From contig JAYVHM010000007.1 in the NCBI GenBank assembly GCA_043771335.1, forward strand, positions 3,625-67,624: DNA of 64,000 nucleotides, given 5' to 3'. Under the pieces are notes generated by a model. That model had not been told where the DNA came from, did no database searches, and worked only from the letters and a program-made list of their open reading frames with translations. Below are positions 57,110 through 64,000 of the stretch, one piece after another. Origin of the DNA: a bacterium. Lineage in GTDB: Bacteria; Patescibacteriota; Minisyncoccia; Phycocordibacterales; UBA5272. A program made the position numbers and the translations under genes. Every line of letters starts with the position of its first letter. Within the stretch, counting starts at the first letter, position 1.

Positions 57110-58090
57110 TTAACTTATTGCTTTGGCGATATTTTTTGCAACTTTTTCAATTACTGTGACAGTAACAGAGTTACCTGCTTGTTTATATATTTTACTATCC
57201 GATAGGTCCTTTGGAATCTTGTAACTCTTTGGAAAACCTTGAGCATTCAAACATTCCTTTGGAGTAAGTTTCCTTATACCTTTTTCATCAAGTATAAGAG
57301 GAACATTATGTCCACCTGTTCCCATGTTTGCAGTTAGTGTTGGGACGACCCCTTTTTTATTTTCACGAACGTACTGCCTGCGCCACTGGTAGGCGGTATT
57401 TTTTTTAATTATCTCATATTTTAATTTTGGGTATAGGGTAGAGTCTTTTTTATAGTAATATTTTTCTGGTATATCTTTCTCTAAAATATCTGCAATACTA
57501 ACTTTGAGAGTTGTTGGTTTTGGAAATTCAAATTTATCTATAGACTTTTTGTCTTTAAATCCAACAATGTATATACGTTCACGATTCTGTGGAACATTTC
57601 CGTATTCCATACTATTCATAACCTGAACTTTTATGTGATATCCATTAGCATTCAAAACATCTTCAATAATTTTAAATGTTTTTCCTCCATCATGACCTTT
57701 CAGATTTTTTACATTTTCAAGTAAAAATCCCATTGGTTTTTTAGTTTTAAGTATTTCTACTATATTCAAAAATTGATTACCTCTTTCAGTATCTTCAAAT
57801 CCTTTTCTGTACCCAGCTATAGAAAAAGGCTGACAGGGAAATCCTGCTAGCAGAAAATCAAAGTCTGGTAGAGTAGATGGTTTTATTTCTCCTATATCAG
57901 CGACTGTTAGTTGTGATGTTTTAAAATTTAAATCAAAAGTTATTTTACATGCTTTTTCTATATCATTTGAGAAAACAGTTTCAAATCCAGCATGTTCAAA
58001 ACCTAATCTTATACCTCCGATTCCAGCATAAAGATCTATGGTTTTAAATATTTTAGACTTTTTCATATGTATAATAATTTTAGCATACAA
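57110..58090 (-). CDS. DNA (cytosine-5)-methyltransferase, short HaeIII-like architecture
   Basis: Motif I LYAGIGG, IV GFPCQPFS, VI LLENVKNL, VIII QNRERIYIVG, X QAGNSVTV; start may be the internal Met at 58066. Confidence 0.85.
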   Translation of the reverse strand: MYAKIIIHMKKSKIFKTIDLYAGIGGIRLGFEHAGFETVFSNDIEKACKITFDLNFKTSQLTVADIGEIKPSTLPDFDFLLAGFPCQPFSIAGYRKGFEDTERGNQFLNIVEILKTKKPMGFLLENVKNLKGHDGGKTFKIIEDVLNANGYHIKVQVMNSMEYGNVPQNRERIYIVGFKDKKSIDKFEFPKPTTLKVSIADILEKDIPEKYYYKKDSTLYPKLKYEIIKKNTAYQWRRQYVRENKKGVVPTLTANMGTGGHNVPLILDEKGIRKLTPKECLNAQGFPKSYKIPKDLSDSKIYKQAGNSVTVTVIEKVAKNIAKAIS

Positions 58091-58130
58091 TTTATTTATT
58101 GCCTATATTATTTTTAGGTAAGTTACCTTG

Positions 58131-58211
58131 TGCCGAAGGAGGGACTCGAACCCTCACATCTTTCAATATTCGATTTTGAGTCGAACGCGTCTACCATTCC
58201 GCCACTCCGGC
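58131..58211 (-). tRNA. tRNA-Leu (CAA), type II
   Basis: Reverse complement: acceptor gccggag/cttcggc, anticodon loop ctCAAaa, long variable arm. Confidence 0.8.
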
Positions 58212-58299
58212 TATTTGTTTTCATTTTTTACTCTAAAAACTTTACTTATTTTAACACATTTTTTCTTTTTATGATATAATATATTTAAATAAAATAATT

Positions 58300-59499
58300 A
58301 TGGCAGCAACAATAGAAAATTCAATATATTGGTTAGAAATAGACAAAGTAGTGCCTAATCCTTATCAGCCAAGAAGAGAATTTGACCCAGTAGCACTGAA
58401 TGAATTAGCTGACAGCATAAGACAATATGGTATATTGCAACCATTAGTTGTTAGTCGCATGGAAGAGCATGGCGAGGATGGATCTATCAATGTTATATAT
58501 CAATTAATAGCAGGAGAAAGAAGGTTGCGCGCGAGTAAGCTCGCTGGCCTTAACTCTGTGCCAAGCATCATCCGTATCGGTGATGACAATAGAGAAAAGC
58601 TAGAACTTGCAATCATAGAAAACGTAGTGCGTGAAGATCTTAACGCTGTGGAGCGTGCTATGGCTTATCAACGCCTAGCCGATGAGTTCAAATTGAACTG
58701 GACCGACATAGGTAAAAAAGTCTCAAAGAGTCGTGAATATGTCTCGAACACAGTGCGTATATTAATGTTGCCAGAGGATATATTAGAAGCACTTTCAAAA
58801 GGCAAGATAACAGAAGGACATACTCGTCCGCTACTAATGTTAATAGATAAGCAAGCTGAGATGATGACACTCTTTAAAGAGATGATGATAAGAAAGATGA
58901 CAGTGCGTGAAGCAGAAAAGATAGCCAGAAAAATCGCCTTTGAAAAAGTTAGAAGGAAATCAACAATGATGACTCCAGAAGTTGTGGACATGGAGGAGAA
59001 CTTAGCTAGTGCCCTTGGAACACGCGTGACCATAGAACCAAAAGAAAAAGGAGGAAAAATTATGATTGATTATTTTTCTCATGATGAATTGATGTCATTA
59101 ACTAGATTATTAAAAGGTGCAGGTGACAACAAGACTCACATGGGTATGATGGATTTTATACGTAAGGAAAATTCTTTTATGCAGCCTAGTGACAGTACGG
59201 CCGGAGCAGTGAGTGAAAGTGTTTTGGAAGATAATATAAGTGTAGAGACTATAAGTACATTACCAACAGATGAGATATTAGAAAATCTACCAGCGGAATA
59301 TTTTGAGAATAATAGTGCTCTTGCTGTGGGAGAAGAAGACTTGCCTATGGTAATGATGAATGACATGCCAAGAGAAGAGGAGAGAACTATCGGTAATGTA
59401 GACCAGACTAATGACGAAAAGATAATAGAAAACAAAGATTATCTTTCTGACAATACAGAGGACGAAGATCTGTATAATATAAATAAGTTTACGGTGTAG
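58300..59499 (+). CDS. parB: ParB/Spo0J-family partition protein with acidic C-terminal extension
   Basis: VPNPYQPR, GERRLRASKLAGL, HTH SREYVSNTVRIL. Confidence 0.8.
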   Translation: MAATIENSIYWLEIDKVVPNPYQPRREFDPVALNELADSIRQYGILQPLVVSRMEEHGEDGSINVIYQLIAGERRLRASKLAGLNSVPSIIRIGDDNREKLELAIIENVVREDLNAVERAMAYQRLADEFKLNWTDIGKKVSKSREYVSNTVRILMLPEDILEALSKGKITEGHTRPLLMLIDKQAEMMTLFKEMMIRKMTVREAEKIARKIAFEKVRRKSTMMTPEVVDMEENLASALGTRVTIEPKEKGGKIMIDYFSHDELMSLTRLLKGAGDNKTHMGMMDFIRKENSFMQPSDSTAGAVSESVLEDNISVETISTLPTDEILENLPAEYFENNSALAVGEEDLPMVMMNDMPREEERTIGNVDQTNDEKIIENKDYLSDNTEDEDLYNINKFTV

Positions 59500-59517
59500 T
59501 TAATAATTTAATATAAA

Positions 59518-59554
59518 ATAAAAAGAGGCGACCGAAGGTCGCCTCTTTTTATTT
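59518..59554 (+). terminator. Bidirectional rho-independent terminator (gaag tetraloop)
   Basis: agaggcgacc-gaag-ggtcgcctct flanked by A and T tracts. Confidence 0.85.
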
Positions 59555-61018
59555 CACAAAAAACTTGTCTACTAATCCACCATTTGTTTTTAGCCATGAT
59601 TTTATATGACGTTTTGCAAATTGAGTTTTACAGTAGTTAATCCATTTTCTATTTGGTTTTGCTTTACCACTGATTTCTATTTTTAGTATGTCTCTATTTT
59701 TTAATATATATTCAAAAGAAACTAACTTATCATTAGCATAAGCACGCAGAGCATGATCACCAATATCAGAATGTATCTGATATGCAAAGTCTAGTGGAGT
59801 AGATCCCTCTGGCAAGTCGAGTACATCACCTTTTGGAGTAAAAATAAAAACACGATGATTGAAAAAATCTTCTTTTAAGTGCTTCATGAACTCGTCATGC
59901 TTACTCACATCTTTTTGCCAGTCAAGTATCTCTTGTGTCCAAGTGGTTTTATTTTTTATACTGTTGGCGTGCACACCATCGCCTAATTCTTTATAATTAA
60001 GATGTGAAGCGATACCATACTCAGCCTCTTCGTGCATGTCTTTTGTTCTGATTTGCACTTCCACACTTTCTCCGTTACCAGTGAATATCGTAGTGTGTAA
60101 TGATTGATAACCATTCGGCTTTGGGACGGCAATATAGTCTTTGAAGCGACTTGGCTTTGGCTTATACAGCCCATGCACAACACCGAGCGCCTGATAACAG
60201 TCAGAGATATTTGGAACTATAATACGAAGGGCGATGATGTCATGGATTTTGTTTATATCATAGTCATATTTTTTTAATTTTTGCCACAGAGAATATAGAT
60301 GTTTTACTCTATGGTCAACACGCTCTATATTCACTTCTAATATTTTTAATTCTTCATCTAGATTATTCGCAACTTTTTCTAAAACTTCCTCATCGCCTGC
60401 TTTTATATTATTCAGTATATCCAAAGTTTTTTTGTATTCCTCTGGATAAACATAAGGGAAACAGCCATCCTCAAGCTCAGCTTTTAATCTTCCCATTCCT
60501 AGTCTGTCAGCTAGGCGAGCATGTATTTCCAAAGTCTCCAAAGCGATTCTTTTTCTCTTTTCTTCATTTACGAATTCAAGGGTGGAAATATTATGTAATC
60601 TATCGCAGAGCTTGACCACTACTACACGTATATCATCGCTAGCAGCTATGAAGAACTTGCGCAGACTTTCAACATGACGCTCTACACCCTGATAGTGCAC
60701 GTGTCCTAGCTTTGTGACACCTTCCACCAAGTTAGTGATTGTGACACCAAAATCTTTTTCCATCTCTTCTTTTTTGTATTCAGTATCTTCTAGCGTATCG
60801 TGTAGTAATCCAGCACAGATAGTCTCATAATCCATTTTTTGTTTTGATATATTTATGGCTGTGGCTATGCAGTGATTAAAATATGGCTCACCACTTTTCC
60901 TTAGTTGACCTTCATGTGCCTCCATTCCTTTTTCATAGGCGAGAGTAATTAGATCAATTTCTTTTTGATTCGTAATATAGTTACATTCTTTTAATATTTC
61001 TTCTAATGATGTATACAT
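59549..61018 (-). CDS. Short RelA/SpoT-family (p)ppGpp hydrolase/synthetase (HD + synthetase domains only)
   Basis: HD motif HDTLED, synthetase RIIV/GYQSLHT motifs; no TGS/ACT C-terminal region. Confidence 0.8.
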   Translation of the reverse strand: MYTSLEEILKECNYITNQKEIDLITLAYEKGMEAHEGQLRKSGEPYFNHCIATAINISKQKMDYETICAGLLHDTLEDTEYKKEEMEKDFGVTITNLVEGVTKLGHVHYQGVERHVESLRKFFIAASDDIRVVVVKLCDRLHNISTLEFVNEEKRKRIALETLEIHARLADRLGMGRLKAELEDGCFPYVYPEEYKKTLDILNNIKAGDEEVLEKVANNLDEELKILEVNIERVDHRVKHLYSLWQKLKKYDYDINKIHDIIALRIIVPNISDCYQALGVVHGLYKPKPSRFKDYIAVPKPNGYQSLHTTIFTGNGESVEVQIRTKDMHEEAEYGIASHLNYKELGDGVHANSIKNKTTWTQEILDWQKDVSKHDEFMKHLKEDFFNHRVFIFTPKGDVLDLPEGSTPLDFAYQIHSDIGDHALRAYANDKLVSFEYILKNRDILKIEISGKAKPNRKWINYCKTQFAKRHIKSWLKTNGGLVDKFFVK

Positions 61019-61100
61019 ATATTATTTATAACATAAATAATATAAATTAAGAAGCATTTATAACATAAATAATTAAAATTAACCCAGTAGGTGATTTTGG

Positions 61101-61153
61101 TAAATCAAAAGCGCGAAAGCAAAGCTTTCGCGCCAGTGTAGAATATCTACACT
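61101..61153 (-). terminator. Tandem hairpin terminator of phoH2-like gene
   Basis: gcgcgaaagc-aaa-gctttcgcgc followed on the minus strand by tttt; second hairpin agtgtag-aatat-ctacact. Confidence 0.65.
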
Positions 61154-61176
61154 ATTTATTATACTAAGAATAATTC

Positions 61177-62574
61177 TTACAAATTATTCGCAGCCCAGTC
61201 ACTCATGATTGATCGGACTCCAAGATCAAGGAAAACTGCTGAGGCCCACGGCTGACCATTTGTTCTGACTGATATATTGGCGAGAGCATTATTGTTTTTG
61301 GACAAGTATGCCGTATCTATCTGAGTCACGTCACCAGTCAAAACAAGTTTTGATCCACTGCCAATACGAGTCATCCAAGTCTTACCAACAGAAGCAGAAA
61401 TATTTTGAGCTTCATCGATAATAACTAGAGTGTTTTCAAAGTTACTGCCACGAATGAACGCACCAGTTTCTATTCTAATCACTCCATCATTTAAAAGCTT
61501 ATCGAAAGGTGTCTGTTCAGATTCTTCCTCTGTTTCAGCTCTTTCTTTTCTTCTTGCAGTCTTTTTCTGATTCCTGGTCATTTCTGATGCTTTGTGCTCA
61601 AAAAAAGTATTAACAGGATCAATAAAAGATCCAAGCCAATTTTTCATCTTCTCATCTTTTGTTCCAGGTAGAAAACCAATATCGTTACCGTCAGCTACCA
61701 CTGGCGGCTTTGTGATGATGACTTGTTTATACAGTCCATCTTTAACCATTTTGATTCCAGTTAATACCGCCATCATGGTCTTGCCTGTACCAGCTTGACC
61801 TATCAGAGACACAAAAGTAATTTCCGGATTAAACAAATCAGATATTGCTTTTTCTTGAGCAAAATTCCTTTTAACTCCTTGATTTTTCCAATATTCAGGA
61901 ATGTAAGGCTTCACATAACCGTTTTCAAAAACAATATGTTTATTAAAAGTAAAATCTTTTACACCTTGTATTTTCTTTTGAAATGCATCTATGTCAACTT
62001 CGTTAGTCTTATAGCTTTCTGTTTTTAGGCCAAGGGCACGTGCTTTTAATGCAGCAGCACGGTCATTGGTTACAAAAACCACTTCACCTAGATGTTTGTG
62101 TTTATCTTGGTAATTTTGGGCTACAGATATAATTACATCATCGTTGAGTTGTATTGTATTTTCCGGCACCATTTCAATTTTTATTTCACCACCACCAACC
62201 AACTTTTTAAAGTCATTAGTGACGGATGAGTCGTGTAAAACTTTTAATGCAAGGCGGGCCATGAATAATTTTGTTTTATTTTTGTCCAGCTCACGCACTA
62301 CAGTGATAGGTATCACAACATAATTGTCATCAAAGTGATGTATGGCCTGAGGGTCATCAATCAAGACATTCGTATCTAATACAAAAACTTTTTTGATTTT
62401 GCTTTTTTTAGAAATGATTTTGATAGGCTTTATTTCCTTTACCGCTTTTTGATTGCCTCCAATATTTAGCTTTGTCCATTTAGCAGGTAGGCCCTTTCCG
62501 CTCAGATTGCTTTTTGCTTCTGCGTGTTCTAGGGGTTTGACTTTGGTTCTGATAACTTTCCGTTTTGTAGCCAT
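61177..62574 (-). CDS. PhoH-like ATPase with N-terminal PIN domain (YlaK/PhoH2 family)
   Basis: PIN VLDTNVLIDD, Walker A GQAGTGKT, Walker B IIDEAQN. Confidence 0.8.
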   Translation of the reverse strand: MATKRKVIRTKVKPLEHAEAKSNLSGKGLPAKWTKLNIGGNQKAVKEIKPIKIISKKSKIKKVFVLDTNVLIDDPQAIHHFDDNYVVIPITVVRELDKNKTKLFMARLALKVLHDSSVTNDFKKLVGGGEIKIEMVPENTIQLNDDVIISVAQNYQDKHKHLGEVVFVTNDRAAALKARALGLKTESYKTNEVDIDAFQKKIQGVKDFTFNKHIVFENGYVKPYIPEYWKNQGVKRNFAQEKAISDLFNPEITFVSLIGQAGTGKTMMAVLTGIKMVKDGLYKQVIITKPPVVADGNDIGFLPGTKDEKMKNWLGSFIDPVNTFFEHKASEMTRNQKKTARRKERAETEEESEQTPFDKLLNDGVIRIETGAFIRGSNFENTLVIIDEAQNISASVGKTWMTRIGSGSKLVLTGDVTQIDTAYLSKNNNALANISVRTNGQPWASAVFLDLGVRSIMSDWAANNL

Positions 62575-62657
62575 TTCAGTTTTCCTTTTTAAAAAGAACG
62601 ACTAGCCGTTCCAGGTATACTATACAACATTTTTTCAGCTTTTCCTAATCTTACAAT

Positions 62658-64000
62658 TTATGTGGCAATCTTATCTGGTCTGTGCATCGGGCAGGATTTG
62701 TTACTGCATCTTGTTGGTATTGTTTTTGTTCCTTCTATCATGAGTTCATTACACATTTTACACAGTTCTCCTGTTGGTTTTGTTTTTACTATCAACTTGC
62801 AGTCAGGATAATTATTACAAGAGAAGAATGGTCCAAAGCGTCCACGACGTTCCTCGATATATCCGTCCGCACATTTGTTGCACTTGACTCCAGTGTTGCT
62901 CTTTGCTTTTTCTTCTTCTGATTTTTCTATGTATTTACATTTTGGATAATTAGCACAGGCTACGAACTTACCAAATTTTCCATCACGTTCAACTAGGTTG
63001 CCATCATTACACTTCGGACATACTTTACCTAGGTCCTTTGGTGGCTCCATTACTGTGCCATCTATTTTCCTTGCTCCCATACAATTAGGGAAATCAATAC
63101 AAGAATAAAAAGTTCCATTTCTAGCCAGCTTTTCCATCATGCTTTTATTACAAGTAGGGCAAAGTATATTTTCGGGTGCTGCATTCATATTCGTCGCCCT
63201 GTCTATATCTTGCTTACTTTCTACATCAGAGTGAAATGGTGTGTAGAATTCGCGCAGCATCTCTGCGTATTTTTCCTCACCACTTGCTATGTTATCTAAT
63301 TTGTCTTCCATTTCTTTTGTAAAGTCATCGCTGGTGTATTTTTGAAAATGTAAAGTTAGAAAATCACTCACTACTATTCCTGTTGAAGTTGGTATTAATG
63401 ATTTATTTATCTTGTCTACATAGCCACGGTCCTCAATAGTAGAGATAATAGACGCAAAAGTAGAAGGGCGACCTATGCCTCTCTTTTCTAATTCTTTCAC
63501 TAGTCCTGCCTCAGTATATCTGTTCGGCGGTGTTGTTGCTTTTTCTTCGACATTTATTTTCTCTAATTTTATATCATCACCTGCTGTGACTTTTGGTAAA
63601 TCATTTTCATCACCACGACTGAGCGGATCAGCGATTAGCCAGCCATCAAAAACTACAATAGATCCATTGATAGAAAAAGGCGGAACATGAGCGTCGACGC
63701 TAGTTGCTATTATTTTTGTGCGAAGCATTTTTACAGCTTTCATTTGACTGGCTACTGTTCTGGCCCAAATCATATTGTATAATTTATTTTCCTCCTCTGT
63801 ACTTCCGCCTGTTTTGTTTTCTGGATGAGTAGGGCGAACTGCTTCATGGGCTTCCTGAGCATTTTTGTTTTTAGTTTTGTATTCACGAGTTTCTAGATAG
63901 GTCTCTCCGTAATTTTTGCTTACCACTTTTGCTATTTCAGCAGTTGCATCCTTACCTAGTGATGTCGAGTCAGTACGCATGTAGGTAATTAGTCCCTTTT
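62658..64000 (-). CDS. topA: DNA topoisomerase I, C-terminal part (5' end beyond window)
   Basis: GLITYMRTDS active-site Tyr motif at window edge, multiple C4 zinc-ribbon repeats (C..C...C..C) in C-terminus. Confidence 0.85.
   Translation of the reverse strand, partial: KGLITYMRTDSTSLGKDATAEIAKVVSKNYGETYLETREYKTKNKNAQEAHEAVRPTHPENKTGGSTEEENKLYNMIWARTVASQMKAVKMLRTKIIATSVDAHVPPFSINGSIVVFDGWLIADPLSRGDENDLPKVTAGDDIKLEKINVEEKATTPPNRYTEAGLVKELEKRGIGRPSTFASIISTIEDRGYVDKINKSLIPTSTGIVVSDFLTLHFQKYTSDDFTKEMEDKLDNIASGEEKYAEMLREFYTPFHSDVESKQDIDRATNMNAAPENILCPTCNKSMMEKLARNGTFYSCIDFPNCMGARKIDGTVMEPPKDLGKVCPKCNDGNLVERDGKFGKFVACANYPKCKYIEKSEEEKAKSNTGVKCNKCADGYIEERRGRFGPFFSCNNYPDCKLIVKTKPTGELCKMCNELMIEGTKTIPTRCSNKSCPMHRPDKIAT

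Noticed and set aside
1-64000. Possible alternative genetic code (UGA recoding as in some CPR lineages)
   Set aside because: All long ORFs are intact under the standard code, stops are nearly all TAA, and no housekeeping gene is broken at TGA; code 11 fits.
1-64000. CRISPR array, rRNA operon, integrase/transposase or prophage
   Set aside because: No spaced direct repeats, no 16S/23S-like sequence, no integrase/transposase/terminase/capsid-like ORF was found; tRNA fragments are the only mobile-element-like footprints.

Overview
AT-rich (about 30% GC) compact bacterial chromosome segment, standard genetic code (stops almost all TAA, no in-frame TGA problems). The gene content looks like a reduced-genome bacterium, possibly CPR/Patescibacteria-like; this is inference. 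Evidence for that: ProRS without an editing domain, a short Rel, short Lnt and MurE forms, and many tRNA genes butted directly against CDSs.

Content from start to end:
- Peptidoglycan and translation genes: murC (5' partial), proS, tyrS, pheT, murB-murA, rodA/ftsW, rplS, rpsT, efp.
- A sufU-sufC-sufT Fe-S cluster.
- Redox and repair genes: DsbA-like, peroxiredoxin, fpg, recG, ruvA, topA (5' partial), ftsH, miaA, rel, phoH2, parB.
- A roughly 12 kb surface-glycan locus (17.2-29.4 kb): MOP flippase, NodU-type carbamoyltransferase, two FkbM and one class-I methyltransferases, GT2/GT4/GT25/GT32/GT-D-like glycosyltransferases, acyltransferase-3.
- 13 tRNA genes, read by eye.

Most notable observations:
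- PheT carries a roughly 150-aa NlpC/P60 (C40 peptidase-like) domain, with the Cys-His-His triad intact, inserted inside its B5 domain.
- Four tRNA loci are flanked by partial copies of the same tRNA.
- Two restriction systems sit at tRNA genes: a DpnI-like methyl-directed endonuclease directly after tRNA-Ser, and a C5-MTase plus REase pair directly after tRNA-Leu(CAA).
- A roughly 50% GC Q-rich repeat lipoprotein gene looks horizontally acquired.
- Two unusual anticodons: tRNA-Ile(UAU) and tRNA-Arg(GCG).
- A recurring TGTTATAAT extended -10 element, often placed to give leaderless transcripts or tRNA-CDS co-transcripts.

No CRISPR array, rRNA or obvious prophage was seen.
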